A stretch of DNA of 64,000 nt from an uncultured Eubacteriales bacterium (GTDB lineage Bacteria; Acidobacteriota; Aminicenantia; Aminicenantales; Saccharicenantaceae). Below, one piece after another: positions 1 to 12,400 of this stretch. The stretch spans positions 9,575 to 73,574 of the forward strand of contig CAZFZU010000004.1 in NCBI GenBank assembly GCA_964523615.1, read 5' to 3'. The notes under the pieces are model-generated. The model was not told where the DNA came from. It made no database searches and saw only the letters and a program-made list of their open reading frames with translations. Position 1 is the stretch's first letter. Every line of letters starts with the position of its first letter. The position numbers and the translations under genes are program-made.

Positions 1-1
1 C

Positions 2-2278
2 GGCGACGTCTTCCGCGTCCCTACCGGCCCCGGCCCGGCCCTCAACCTGTCCCAGACCCCCGGCACGCGCGAGATGTCCCCCGCCCTCTCGCCCGACGGC
101 AAGACGGTGGCCTTCTTCAGCGACAAGAGCGGCGGCTATCAGCTCTACACCCAGCCGGCCGCCGGCGGCGACTGGACCCAGGTCACGACGGCCCTCGACC
201 GGACCGTCTACAAGCTCTTGTGGTCGCCCGACGGCAAGAAGATCCTCTTCGGCGACAAGGACTACGCCCTCTTCTGGGTCGACCTGGCGACGAAGAAGCT
301 GGTCAGGTTCGATTCCTCCAACCAGATGAAGAACGACGAGTTCACCTGGGAGATCGCCGACTACGTCTGGTCGCCCGACTCCCAGTGGATCGCCTACAGC
401 TTCGTCCAGGCCAACCGCAACAGCCAGATCTTCCTCTACAACGTCGAGACCGGCAGGAAGGTCGCCGCCACGACCGATTTCTACGACAACCTCTACCCGG
501 CCTTCGACGCCAACGGCGACTACCTCTACTACGTCTCGAGCCGCAACTTCGACCTGCTCATGGACTTCTACGAGGACAACCACGTCTATCAGACGCCGCA
601 GCAGGTCATGGCCGTCCAGCTCCGGGCCGGCGAGGCCCCGCCGTTCACGGGCGAGCCGGGGGAGAAGCCCGACCCGAAGGCCGCCCCGGTCCCGTTCCGG
701 GTCGACGCCGAAGGCCTCGTCGAGCGGACCTTCCCCCTGCCCGTGCCGCCCGGCAACTACTTCCACCTCAAGGCCGGCAAGGGCAAGGTCCTGTGGCTGG
801 CCGTCGACGCCTTCACCGAGGACGAGTACGAGGACATCTCCAAGCCCCAAGGCGCGACGAAGTGGTCGCTCCACGTCTTCGACACGGCCGCCCGCAAGGA
901 GGCCGTCGTCGAGGGCAAGGTCCGCGACTTCGGCCTCTCGCCCGACGGCGGGACCCTGCTCGTCCGCCGCGACGCCGACCTCTTCACCGCCGCCGTCGAC
1001 AAGGCCTTCGCCGCCAAGTCGGCCGGCGACAAGCTCGACCTCTCGGGCCTCGTCTACCGGGTCGAGCTCCAGAAGGAGTGGCGGCAGATCTTCGACGACG
1101 CCTGGCGCTGGTACCGCGACTTCTTCTACGATGCCGGCTTCCACGGCCGCGACTGGAAGGCCATGGGCGAGAAGTTCCGGGCCTACCTCCCCGAGCTGTC
1201 GTCGCGGGCCGAGCTGAACTGGGTCCTGTCCCAGATGGTCGGCGAGCTGTGCGTCTCCCACACCTACATCGGCGGCGGCGACATGGGCCCCGGCGCGGCG
1301 CCGTCCTCGCCCGTCTTCACAGGGCTGCTCGGGGCCGACCTCGTCCCCGACAAGGCCTCCGGGCTCTACAAGCTGGCCCGTATCTACGGCCCGACCGACG
1401 TCAACCGCAACCTCCGCGGGCCGCTCGTCCGGCCCGATATCGCCGTCAAGGAGGGGGACTTCCTCCTGGCCGTCAACGGCGCGCCGCTCAAGGCCGGCGA
1501 CGACTACTTCAAGCTCCTGCAGACGACGCCCGGCAAGAAGATCGCCGTCACGGTCAACGCGGCTCCCTCGATGACCGGGGCCCGGACCTACGAGGTCGAG
1601 CCCCTCCGGAGCGACCAGCCGCTCCGCTACTTCCGCTGGATCGACGGCAACATCAAGGCCATCGACAAGGCCACCGGCGGCCGCGTCGGCTACATGCACA
1701 TCAACGCCATGGGCGGCGGAGGCATCGGCGAGTTCGACAAGTACTGGCGCGCCTTCCGCTACAAGGAGGGCGTCATCATCGACGTCCGGCGCAATTCCGG
1801 CGGCTGGACGGAGTACTTCCTCATCGACAAGCTCGAGCGCCAGCTCGTGGCCTACAACAACCTCCGCAACATGGTCCCGTTCCGCTACCCCGGCTCGGCC
1901 GGCAACGGCAACTACGTCGTCGTCTCCAACGAGAACAACGGCTCGGACGGGGAGGCCTTCGTCGAGCACTTCAAGGCCCGCAAGCTGGGCACCGTCGTCG
2001 GCGTGCCGTCCTGGGGCGGCCTGGTCGGCATCCTCAACAACCAGCCGACCATCGACAACGGCTCCGTCCAGCAGTCCAACAACGCGTTCTACGGCCGGGA
2101 AGGGGCCTGGTGGGTCGAGAACCACGGCGCCGACCCGGACATCCTGGTCGACAACGACCCCGGATCGGCCGCGGCCGGACGGGACCTCCAGCTGGAGAAG
2201 GCCATCGCCGTCATCCTGGAGAAGGTCCAGGCCAACCCGCTGAAGTTCGCCCCCAAGCCGGCCTATCCCAAGAAATAA
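2..2278 (+). CDS. Tricorn-type (S41-like) protease, C-terminal ~760 aa; 5' end lies outside the window
   Basis: The frame is open from nt 2, with no stop before the first Met at 74. It has repeated SPDGK-type beta-propeller blades, a PDZ-like middle part and a C-terminal serine-peptidase core (..NENNGSDGEAF..). GC3 bias is strong. Confidence 0.8.
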   Translation, partial: GDVFRVPTGPGPALNLSQTPGTREMSPALSPDGKTVAFFSDKSGGYQLYTQPAAGGDWTQVTTALDRTVYKLLWSPDGKKILFGDKDYALFWVDLATKKLVRFDSSNQMKNDEFTWEIADYVWSPDSQWIAYSFVQANRNSQIFLYNVETGRKVAATTDFYDNLYPAFDANGDYLYYVSSRNFDLLMDFYEDNHVYQTPQQVMAVQLRAGEAPPFTGEPGEKPDPKAAPVPFRVDAEGLVERTFPLPVPPGNYFHLKAGKGKVLWLAVDAFTEDEYEDISKPQGATKWSLHVFDTAARKEAVVEGKVRDFGLSPDGGTLLVRRDADLFTAAVDKAFAAKSAGDKLDLSGLVYRVELQKEWRQIFDDAWRWYRDFFYDAGFHGRDWKAMGEKFRAYLPELSSRAELNWVLSQMVGELCVSHTYIGGGDMGPGAAPSSPVFTGLLGADLVPDKASGLYKLARIYGPTDVNRNLRGPLVRPDIAVKEGDFLLAVNGAPLKAGDDYFKLLQTTPGKKIAVTVNAAPSMTGARTYEVEPLRSDQPLRYFRWIDGNIKAIDKATGGRVGYMHINAMGGGGIGEFDKYWRAFRYKEGVIIDVRRNSGGWTEYFLIDKLERQLVAYNNLRNMVPFRYPGSAGNGNYVVVSNENNGSDGEAFVEHFKARKLGTVVGVPSWGGLVGILNNQPTIDNGSVQQSNNAFYGREGAWWVENHGADPDILVDNDPGSAAAGRDLQLEKAIAVILEKVQANPLKFAPKPAYPKK

Positions 2279-2302
2279 TAAAGGAACAAGGAGGGACATG
2301 AG

Positions 2303-2881
2303 ATGAGCAAATCGATCAAGGGCACCGAGACCGAGAAGAACCTGCTGAAGGCCTTCGCCGGCGAGTCGCAGGCCCGCAACCGCTACACCTACTTCGCCGG
2401 CGCGGCCCGCAAGGCGGGTTTCGAGCAGATCGCCGCGATCTTCCTGGAGACCGCGGAGAACGAAAAGGAGCACGCCAAGGTCTTCTTCAAGCACCTGGAG
2501 GGCGGCGATCTCGAGATCACGGCCGCCTACCCGGCCGGCGTCATCGGGGACACCAAGGCCAACCTCGAGGCCGCGGCCGACGGGGAGAAGATGGAGTGGA
2601 GCGACATCTACGCCAACTTCGAGAAGACGGCCCGGGCCGAGGGCTTCCCCGAGGTCGCGGCGTCCTTCAAGGAGATCGCCGAGGTCGAGGAGTCCCACGA
2701 GAAGCGCTACCGGAAGCTGGCCGCCAACGTCGAGAGCGGCCAGGTCTTCAAGCGCCCGGCCGCCGTCAAGTGGCATTGCCGGAACTGCGGCTACGTCCAC
2801 GAGGGCCCCGAGGCCCCGGCCGTCTGCCCGGCCTGCCAGCACCCCCGGGCCTATTACGAGATCCTGGCCGAGAACTACTGA
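2303..2881 (+). CDS. rbr: Rubrerythrin
   Basis: N-terminal ferritin-like diiron domain ([39 protein letters not shown]) plus a C-terminal rubredoxin-like CRNCGY...CPACQHP. An AAGGAGGG RBS lies upstream. Confidence 0.9.
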   Translation: MSKSIKGTETEKNLLKAFAGESQARNRYTYFAGAARKAGFEQIAAIFLETAENEKEHAKVFFKHLEGGDLEITAAYPAGVIGDTKANLEAAADGEKMEWSDIYANFEKTARAEGFPEVAASFKEIAEVEESHEKRYRKLAANVESGQVFKRPAAVKWHCRNCGYVHEGPEAPAVCPACQHPRAYYEILAENY

Positions 2882-2884
2882 GCC

Positions 2885-3271
2885 GTGAGCTATTATTTCG
2901 CCAAGACTTTCGAGGCCCCGTTCGACGAGGCCGTCGAGCGGGTCAAGGCCGAGCTCAAGACGGAGGGATTCGGCGTCCTGACGGAGATCGACGTCCGCCG
3001 GACCCTCAAGGACAAGATCGGGGTCGACTTCCGGCCCTACCGGATCCTGGGGGCCTGCAACGCGCCCTTCGCCCACAAGGCCCTCCTGGCCGAGGACAAG
3101 ATCGGGACCATGCTGCCCTGCTCGGTCATCGTCCAGGAGCTGGCCCCCGGCCGGGTCGAGGCCGCGGCCATCGACCCCCTGGCCTCCATGGCCGCGGTCA
3201 GGAACGAGGACCTGGCCTCGATCGGCCTCGAGGTCCGGGAGAAGCTCCGGGCGGCCATCGGGCGCCTCTGA
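2885..3271 (+). CDS. DUF302 domain protein
   Basis: Typical DUF302 N-terminus (FEAPFDEAVERVKAELKTEGFGVLTEIDV) and length (128 aa). GTG start 4 nt after the rbr stop. Confidence 0.75.
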   Translation: MSYYFAKTFEAPFDEAVERVKAELKTEGFGVLTEIDVRRTLKDKIGVDFRPYRILGACNAPFAHKALLAEDKIGTMLPCSVIVQELAPGRVEAAAIDPLASMAAVRNEDLASIGLEVREKLRAAIGRL

Positions 3272-3290
3272 CGCGCCCGGTCCGGCGGCT

Positions 3291-3318
3291 TTGACATTTG
3301 GGCCCGCTTATCTATAAT
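3291..3318 (+). promoter_or_regulatory. Sigma70-type promoter, TTGACA-N16-TATAAT
   Basis: Exact consensus hexamers at 3291-3296 and 3313-3318 in a short AT-rich island, 54 nt upstream of acpS. Confidence 0.55.
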
Positions 3319-3371
3319 AAAGGTCCGTTTTTCGAGGTCTGACACTCTACCGACGAAAGGCTCATAAGCCG

Positions 3372-3755
3372 TTGATCTTCGGGGCGGGCACGGACATCAT
3401 CGAGGTCCAGCGGGTCGAGGACAAGCTCGTCCGCACGGAGAGCCTCAAGTCGAAGCTCTTCACCCCGATCGAGATCGCCTACTGCGAATCCAAGCACCGC
3501 CCGGCCCAGCACTTCGCGGCCCGGTTCGCCGCCAAAGAGGCCTTCCTCAAGGCCATGGGCACGGGCTGGACGGGCGGCCACAAGTTCTCCGACATCGAGA
3601 TCGTCAACAACGCCCAAGGCAAGCCCACCCTCGTCGTCCACGGCAAGGTCAAGGAGTTCTGCGAGGCCCATGGCATCGGCGCCATGGAGGTCTCGCTGAC
3701 CCATATCAAGGACGTCGCCTCCGCCGTCGTCGTCCTCGAGAGGAAAGCCCCCTAA
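3372..3755 (+). CDS. acpS: Holo-[acyl-carrier-protein] synthase (4'-phosphopantetheinyl transferase)
   Basis: MIFGAGTDIIEVQRV start, FAAKEAFLKA motif and ~125 aa length typical of AcpS. TTG start. Confidence 0.85.
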   Translation: MIFGAGTDIIEVQRVEDKLVRTESLKSKLFTPIEIAYCESKHRPAQHFAARFAAKEAFLKAMGTGWTGGHKFSDIEIVNNAQGKPTLVVHGKVKEFCEAHGIGAMEVSLTHIKDVASAVVVLERKAP

Positions 3756-3780
3756 TCCCCCGAACGGAGTGAGAACGCCC

Positions 3781-5484
<1,704 letters not shown>

Positions 5485-5553
5485 CGGGGACAGGAAAAAA
5501 GGGGACATGTACCCGGTACGTGTCCCCGATCTCGTGAATAAAGGAGACCTCCG

Positions 5554-5811
5554 ATGGCCGAAGACCTCAAAGACATCGTCCTGAACTACGTCACCAAGGA
5601 GTACCTCGAGGACGACAGCGAGCCGCTGACCTACGACACGCCCCTCATCTCGGGCGGCATCGTCGACTCGTTCTCGATGGTCTCGCTCAAGCGCTTCCTG
5701 GAGAACAGGTACCAGATCGCCATCCCCGACGAGGACGCCTCGCCCGAGGCCTTCGACTCGGTCAACAAGATCGTCTCGCTCGTCGAGCGCTTCGTGGCCA
5801 AGAAGGGATAA
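5554..5811 (+). CDS. Stand-alone acyl/aminoacyl carrier protein (ACP/DltC-like)
   Basis: 85-aa acidic protein with a carrier-protein serine motif (LISGGIVDSFSMVSL). It sits between the ligase and the oxoamine synthase. Confidence 0.75.
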   Translation: MAEDLKDIVLNYVTKEYLEDDSEPLTYDTPLISGGIVDSFSMVSLKRFLENRYQIAIPDEDASPEAFDSVNKIVSLVERFVAKKG

Positions 5812-5815
5812 GGCC

Positions 5816-7063
5816 GTGGCCTACAGCGACAAGATCCGCGGCACCTACCAGGCCCAGATCAAGGGCATCCAGGAAGCGGGGCTGTTCAAGCAGGAGCGCT
5901 TCATCCACTCGCCCCAGGCGGCCGACATCGAGGTCGAGTTCCCGACCGGCTCGCCCCTCAAGAAGGTCATCAACATGTGCGCCAACAACTACCTCGGGCT
6001 GTCCAGCCACCCCGACGTGGTCAAGGCCGCGCACGAGGGCCTCGAGAGCCGGGGCTACGGCATGTCGTCGGTCCGCTTCATCTGCGGCACCCAGGACATC
6101 CACCGCGAGCTCGAACAGCGCCTGACCGAGTTCCTGGGCACCGAGGACACGCTCCTGTTCCCCTCCTGCATGGACGCCAACGCCGGCGTCTTCGAGGCCA
6201 TCCTGACCAAGGACGACGTCATCATCTCCGACCGTCTCGTCCACGCCTCGCTCGTCGACGGCATCCGCCTCTGCAGCGCCATGCACGACACCATCAAGCA
6301 CTCGGACATGGGCCACCTCGAGGAGAAGCTCCAGCTCCACGCCGACAAGCGCCTCAAGCTCGTCGTCACCGACGGCGTCTTCTCGATGGACGGCGACACG
6401 GCCAAGCTCGACGAGATGGCCGCCGTCTGCGAGAAGTACGACGCCATGGTCCTCGTCGACGACTCCCACGCCTCGGGCTTCATCGGCAAGACCGGCCGGG
6501 GCACGCACGAGAAGTGCGGCGTCGTCGGCCAGATGGACGTCATCACGACGACCTTCGGCAAGGCCCTCGGCGGGGCCTCCGGGGGCTGCGTCAGCGGCCG
6601 GCGCGAGCTCGTCGAGCTCTGCCGCCAGCGGGCCCGGCCGTACCTGTTCTCCAACACCATCGCCCCCGTCGTCGTGTCCGGCGTCCTCAAGGTCATGGAC
6701 ATCATCACCCGCTCGACCGAGCGCCGCGACAAGCTCGAGCGCAACGCCGCCTACTGGCGCAAGGGCCTGACCGAGGCCGGCTTCGTCCTCAAGGAAGGGG
6801 ACACGCCCATCGTCCCGGTCATGCTCTTCAACGCCAAGCTGGCCCAGGACGTCTCCCGGGCCCTCTACGACGAGGGCATCTACGCCATCGGCTTCTTCTT
6901 CCCCGTCGTGCCCCAGAGCCAGGCCCGCATCCGGACCCAGATCTCGGCCGGCCACGAGATCCACCACCTGGACAAGGCCCTCGAGGCCTTCATCAAGGTC
7001 GGCAAGAAGTTCGACATCCTCGGCAAGACGAAGCAGGACATCGTCGCCAAGTACGGGATGTAG
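5816..7063 (+). CDS. PLP-dependent alpha-oxoamine synthase, Kbl-like (2-amino-3-ketobutyrate CoA ligase / serine palmitoyltransferase family)
   Basis: By eye roughly half the residues match E. coli Kbl as I recall it: CANNYLGL, SVRFICGTQD, ISD..HAS..DG, DDSHA, PLP-lysine TFGKALGG, RPYLFSN, QARIRTQ. Confidence 0.9.
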   Translation: MAYSDKIRGTYQAQIKGIQEAGLFKQERFIHSPQAADIEVEFPTGSPLKKVINMCANNYLGLSSHPDVVKAAHEGLESRGYGMSSVRFICGTQDIHRELEQRLTEFLGTEDTLLFPSCMDANAGVFEAILTKDDVIISDRLVHASLVDGIRLCSAMHDTIKHSDMGHLEEKLQLHADKRLKLVVTDGVFSMDGDTAKLDEMAAVCEKYDAMVLVDDSHASGFIGKTGRGTHEKCGVVGQMDVITTTFGKALGGASGGCVSGRRELVELCRQRARPYLFSNTIAPVVVSGVLKVMDIITRSTERRDKLERNAAYWRKGLTEAGFVLKEGDTPIVPVMLFNAKLAQDVSRALYDEGIYAIGFFFPVVPQSQARIRTQISAGHEIHHLDKALEAFIKVGKKFDILGKTKQDIVAKYGM

Positions 7064-7080
7064 GATCGTTCGAAAAGCGT

Positions 7081-7119
7081 AAAAGGGGCCGTCCCGGCGC
7101 CGGGACGGCCCCTTTTTTT
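7081..7119. terminator. Bidirectional intrinsic terminator between convergent genes
   Basis: Perfect 13-bp GC stem (GGGGCCGTCCCGG / CCGGGACGGCCCC, 7085-7112), flanked by A4 on the left and T7 on the right. Confidence 0.75.
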
Positions 7120-7127
7120 GGCGTGGA

Positions 7128-9053
7128 TCAGGCGGCCGGGGCCTCTTGCGCCGCGGCCTTCTTGCGGGTCAGCAGGGACACGACGACGAGCGTCAGGAAG
7201 CTCAGCGGGATGGACACGATGCCCGGGTTCTTCAGGGGGAAGGGGGCCGTCAGCGGGTCCTTGCCGTAGAGCTCGAACATCGTCGGCGAGAACAGGATCA
7301 GGCCGATCGAGGAGAAGACCCCGACGAAGATCGAGGCCGTGATGCCCCGGGCCGTCGTCCCCTTCCAGAACAGCATCATGACGATCGACGGCAGGTTGGC
7401 CGAGGCGGCCACGGCGAAGGCCAGGCCGACCAGGAAGGTGACGTTGACGCCCTTGAAGATGATCCCCAGGACGATGGCCAGCGCGCCCACGGCGAAGGCC
7501 ACGATCTTGCCCGCGGCGACCTTCTGTTTCTCCGTCTTGATGACCTGTCCGAAGCGGTCGAGGAGGTCGTGGGCCACCGCGCCGGAGGCGGCGATGATCA
7601 GCCCGCTGACCGTGCCCAGCACGGTGGCGAAGGCGATGGCCGAGATCATCGAGAACAGGAAGGTCCCGAACGAGCGGGCCAGGAGCGGGGCCGACATGTT
7701 GTCGTCGAGGAGGTTGACGGTCCCGTTGGTCATCGCGCCCAGGCCCATGAACAGGGTCAGGATGTAGAAGAAGCCGATGGCGGCGATGGCCACGATGGTC
7801 GATTTCCGGGCCGCGGCCGGGCTGGGCACGGTGTAGTAGCGGATGAGGATGTGGGGCAGGGCGGCCGTGCCCAGGAACAGGGCCAGCATGAGCGACAGGA
7901 AGTCGATGCGGTCGGTCGCCGTGCCCTCGACCTTGAAGCGCTGGCCGGGGCGGAGGATCTTGTTCCCGGAGACCAGGACGGGATAGTAGACCGTGACCCG
8001 GCCGCCGTTGTCGTCGAACGAGGCGTTCTTCCAGAGCTTGACCTTGCTCCGGGCGTCGCCCATGAGCGACAGGAACCGGAAGGGGTTGAGCGGTCCGGTC
8101 GCCGCGCCGTCGCCGGTCTTGCCGGCGACGACCTCCATGTTGCCGACCGTGGCCAGCGTGTTCTCCTTCGAGGCCGGCGCGCCGTTGACGATCGGAGCGC
8201 CGTCGGCGAGACGGGCGACGAACTGGGACTCGATCAGGGCGACCGCGCCGGTCGCGGCGTCCTTCTCGGCCTTCCACCAGCTCTCCCGGCCGTCCTGGAG
8301 AAGCTTGACGAAGCGCAGGCCCTTGACCTCGCGGACGGCGGCGATCCGCCAGGCGGGGTCGTCGAGGGCGAGCGTGCCGCCCGTCTCGAGCGCGGCCAGG
8401 GCCCGGTACTGCCGGAACGGCACGCGGCCGCCCTGGTCGGGCTCGGTCGACAGCCCCCGGATGAGGACCACGGTCACCAAGACGAAGGAGAAGACGAGCA
8501 GCAGGGCGCCCTTGATGAACTGGACGTAGGTCGTCGAGGTCATGCCGGCGGTGGCCACGATGGTGATGACGATCAGGCCCACCAGGACGACCCCGACGGC
8601 GTGGGGCAGCCCGAGCAGCGGCGTGACCAGGACCCCCGCGCCGACCATCTGCGGGATGAGGTAGCAGATGGAGACGAGCAGGGTGCTGACGGCCGCCATC
8701 AACTTGATGCCGCGATGGTTGTAATTGGCGTCGAGGGCGTCGGTGAAGGTGTACTTGCCCAGCCGCTTGAGGGGCTCGGCGACGATGAACAGGGCCACGA
8801 TCCAGCCGGCCAGATAGCCGATGGAGTACAGGAAGCCGTCGTAGCCGGCCGTGGCGATCATGCCGCAGATGCCCAGGAAGGAGGCGGCCGACAGGTAGTC
8901 GCCGGCGAAGGCGATGCCGTTGACGCTCCAATGGATCCGGCCGCCGGCGGCGTAGTAGCCGCTGGCCGACTTGGCCCTCCCGGCGAAATAGAAGGAGATG
9001 GCCAGGACGAAGCCGACGAACAGGACGAACAGGACGATGGACAGGACGTTCAT
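7128..9053 (-). CDS. actP: Cation/acetate symporter ActP (SSS family) with an enlarged hydrophilic loop
   Basis: SSS/ActP motifs (YYAAGG, GDYLSAASFLG, GTAALPHILIRYYT). ATGA overlap with the upstream DUF485 gene, which is the canonical yjcH-actP arrangement. Confidence 0.9.
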   Translation of the reverse strand: MNVLSIVLFVLFVGFVLAISFYFAGRAKSASGYYAAGGRIHWSVNGIAFAGDYLSAASFLGICGMIATAGYDGFLYSIGYLAGWIVALFIVAEPLKRLGKYTFTDALDANYNHRGIKLMAAVSTLLVSICYLIPQMVGAGVLVTPLLGLPHAVGVVLVGLIVITIVATAGMTSTTYVQFIKGALLLVFSFVLVTVVLIRGLSTEPDQGGRVPFRQYRALAALETGGTLALDDPAWRIAAVREVKGLRFVKLLQDGRESWWKAEKDAATGAVALIESQFVARLADGAPIVNGAPASKENTLATVGNMEVVAGKTGDGAATGPLNPFRFLSLMGDARSKVKLWKNASFDDNGGRVTVYYPVLVSGNKILRPGQRFKVEGTATDRIDFLSLMLALFLGTAALPHILIRYYTVPSPAAARKSTIVAIAAIGFFYILTLFMGLGAMTNGTVNLLDDNMSAPLLARSFGTFLFSMISAIAFATVLGTVSGLIIAASGAVAHDLLDRFGQVIKTEKQKVAAGKIVAFAVGALAIVLGIIFKGVNVTFLVGLAFAVAASANLPSIVMMLFWKGTTARGITASIFVGVFSSIGLILFSPTMFELYGKDPLTAPFPLKNPGIVSIPLSFLTLVVVSLLTRKKAAAQEAPAA

Positions 9054-9343
9054 GTCCGCCCTCCCTGGGGCTCGGCCCGATGGAGGCGCTTCTCCATCCG
9101 GCCGCAGGCCCGGCTATAGATCAGGGCCAGGACCAGGGCGAAAACGATCAGGCCGAAGCCGTAGACGACGGCCAGGTTCAGGCCGCCGAACAGGACGGCC
9201 TCCATGGCTCCCGGCCGGACCAGGTTGACGACGACGAACCCGGCGTAGACGAGGGCGTAAAGGATGAACATCCCGGCGCCGAGGCGCCTCTTGTACTGGA
9301 AGGCGGGATCCGGTCCCGACTTCGCGGCTGGCTCGTGCAACAT
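9050..9343 (-). CDS. yjcH: DUF485 (YjcH-like) small inner-membrane protein
   Basis: 97 aa, two predicted TM helices, F.YKRR motif, translationally coupled to actP. Confidence 0.8.
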   Translation of the reverse strand: MLHEPAAKSGPDPAFQYKRRLGAGMFILYALVYAGFVVVNLVRPGAMEAVLFGGLNLAVVYGFGLIVFALVLALIYSRACGRMEKRLHRAEPQGGRT

Positions 9344-9423
9344 GGGTACGGGCCTCCTTGTTCTGCGTTAATGCCCGCTTTTATCTCACACTCTCCCCTG
9401 AAAATCAAGGTCTTTCCGGGCTA

Positions 9424-9453
9424 TTGACAGTCCTTCGCGCCGGGTGCTATGGT
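9424..9453 (+). promoter_or_regulatory. Candidate promoter TTGACA-N18-TATGGT for the sensor gene
   Basis: TTGACA at 9424-9429 and TATGGT at 9448-9453. Its position argues that translation starts at GTG 9486, preceded by GGGGAGGA, rather than at 9444. Confidence 0.35.
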
Positions 9454-9485
9454 GGGGCGGCCCCGGGGAGGGGAGGACGAGCCCC

Positions 9486-12400
9486 GTGACCGATCTCTTC
9501 CGCGTCAACCTGCACGGCCATTCCCTGTTCAGCGATGGGGAGCTGGCGCCGGCCGCCCTGGCCGAACGTTTCGCCGCGGCCGGGGTCCGGGCCGTCGCCC
9601 TGACCGACCACGACGCCGTGGACGGCCTGCCGGCTTTCCGGGAGGCGGCGCGGCGCCGGGGGATCGGGGTCATCTCGGGCGTCGAGCTGACCGTCGCCGA
9701 CCACGAGGCGGGCGAGAAGCACATCCTCGGCTACGGCTTCGATCCGGACCACCCCCCGCTGAAGGCCCTGCTGGCCCGGGCCTCCCAGGGCCCGGTCCCC
9801 CCGGCCGAGGCCATCCGGGCCCTCCACGACGCCGGCGGCCTGGCCGTCCTGGCCCATCCCGTGATGCCGGGGGAGAAGCCCGATCTCGCCGCCCTCGAGA
9901 CCCTGGTCGGACGGTACCGGGATTGGGGGCTGGACGGGCTCGAGGCCTTCTACGCCGGCTACTCCGAAGGATTGAGCCGGGACCTGGTCGCGCTGGCCTC
10001 CCGGCACGGCCTCGTCGTCAGCGCCGGGACCGATTTCCACGGCCAAGGGCTGCCGGGCTCGACCGAAACGGCCGCGGAGATGCCTCTCCCCCTCTGGCGC
10101 GAGTTTCGCGACGCCCTCCTCAGACGGAGCGCGGGCGCGGCCGCGGTGACGCTTCCCCCGGAGCCGCCCGGGCACCGCACGGTGCCGCGGCCGGGCCGGC
10201 GGGCCTTCCTGCTGCGCATCCTCCTGCCGACGGCCCTGGCCGTCGCCCTGTTCACCGTCTCCCTCTTCCGCGTCCTCATCCCGGCCTTCGAGCAGCGCCT
10301 CCTCGAGCGCAAGCGGGACACCATCCGCGAGCTGACCAACGTCGCCATGGGCATTCTGGCCGAATACGACTCCGACGTCCGGGACGGCCGGCTGACGCTG
10401 GCCGAGGCGCAACGGACGGCCGCCGAGCGCGTCCGCGACCTCCGCTACGGCAACGAGGGCAAGGACTATTTCTGGATCACCGACCTCGACGTTCGGATGA
10501 TCATGCATCCCTACCGGACGGACCTCAACGGCCGGGACGTCTCCGACTTCCAGGACCCCCGCGGCGTCCGCATCTTCGTCGAGTTCGCCAACATCCTCCG
10601 CGACCGGACGGACGCCTACGTCGAATACGTCTGGCAGTGGAAGGACGACCCGGACCGCCTCGAGCCGAAGCAATCCTACATCCAGAAGTTCGCCCCTTGG
10701 GGCTGGATCCTGGGCACCGGGCTGTACATCGAGGACGTGCAGGCCGAGATCCGGGCCATGGCCGGGCGGCTCGTCCGGATCTCCCTCGGCATCACCGTGC
10801 TCTGCGCCCTGCTCCTCCTGTTCGTGGCCGCCCAGAGCGCCCGCCTCGAGCGCCGGCGGGCCAAGGCCGAGGACGAGCTCCGCGAGTCCCACGAGAAGTA
10901 CCGGACGCTCGTCGAGTCGGCGACCGAGGGCACCCTGATGGTGCTCGAGGGCCGCCCGGCCTTCGCCAACCCGACCATGCTGGCGCTCCTCGACGTCCCC
11001 GAGAGCGGCCTGAGCCTGCTCGACCTCGACGAGATCCTGGCCGCGGACGCGGCCGTGCGGGTCCAGGAGCCGGCCGGCCTGAACGCCGAGGAGACCGTCC
11101 TCCGGCGCCGCGACGGGAGCGCCGTCGACGTCGTCCTGTCGTCGAGCCGCATCTCGTTCGCCGGGCGGGAGGGCCTGGTCCTCGTGGCCCGGCCGCTGCG
11201 CTCGGGGGAGCGCGGCCGGACCGCGTCGCGGCGGGACCGTGACCGGGAGGGCCTCATCGCCGACCTCCAGGCCTCGCTGATGTTCCTTCACGAGCCCGTC
11301 GGACCGCTGGCCGGCCCGCCCGTTTTCTGCGATATGCGGGACACCGCGGCCAAAGGGGCGGCGCTGATGACGGCCCGGGGGGCCAGCGCCGTCGTCGTCA
11401 CGGCCCAGAACGAGCCGGTCGGCTTGGTGACCGATTCCGACATCCGGGCCCGCCTCGTGGCCGAGGGCCGCGGCGGGGAGGTCCCGCTCCGGGAGATCAT
11501 GAGCGCCCCGCTCGTCTCGATCGAGGGCCAGGCCCTGGTCTACGAGGCCATCCTGGCCATGCGCGAGCGCGACGTCGACCACCTCCTCGTTCGCGACGAG
11601 AAGGGCGCCGTTTCGGGCCTCGTCCGCAACCGCGACCTCCTCCTCTTCCACCGCTACTCGCTGGCCGTCCTGACCCAGGAGATCCGGCACGCCGCCTCGC
11701 CGGAGGTCATCGCCGCCGCCCGCCGCGGCCTGCCGCGGCTGGTCAAGGTCCTGGTCGAGGGCGGGGCCAAGGCCCGCAACATCACCCGGGCCGTGACGGC
11801 CGTGACGGACGCCGCCGTCCACCGGCTCATCGAGCTGGCCGTGGCCGACCTGGGCCCCCCGCCGGCCAAGTTCGCCTTCCTGGCCCTGGGGAGCGAGGGC
11901 CGCGAGGAGCAGACCCTGGCCAGCGACCAGGACCACGCCATCGTCTTCGAGGACGTCCCCGGGGAGCGCGAAGAGGCCGTCCAGGCCTATTTCCTGGAGA
12001 TGGGGCGCCGCGTCTCGGACGGGCTGGCCCTGGCCGGATACCCCTTGTGTCTCGGCGGCATCATGGCCTCGAACCCGCGTTGGTGCCAGCCGCTCCGGAC
12101 CTGGCGCGGCTACTTCGCGGACTGGCTGCGGACGGCCGAGCCCGAGGACATCCTCGACCTCAAGATCTTCTTCGACTTCCGGGCCGTTCACGGCGACGCC
12201 GAATTCGCCGCGGCGCTCCGCCGGAGCGTCGACGAGGACCTGGCCCAGGAGCCGCCCTTCCTCCTCCACTACGCCCAGTACACGCTCCAGTACAAGGCCC
12301 CCCTGAGCTTCTTCGGCCACATCGTCCTCGAGGAGGGCAAGGAGGGGGCCAAGACCTTCAACATCAAGGACGCCCTGATGCCGGTCAACAACTTCGCCCG

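Noticed and set aside
5816-7063. Calling the oxoamine synthase simply kbl (glycine C-acetyltransferase).
   Set aside because: Not rejected on sequence, since it is very Kbl-like. I withheld the symbol because the operon context (ligase, carrier protein, PPTase, no tdh) makes a different acyl donor plausible.
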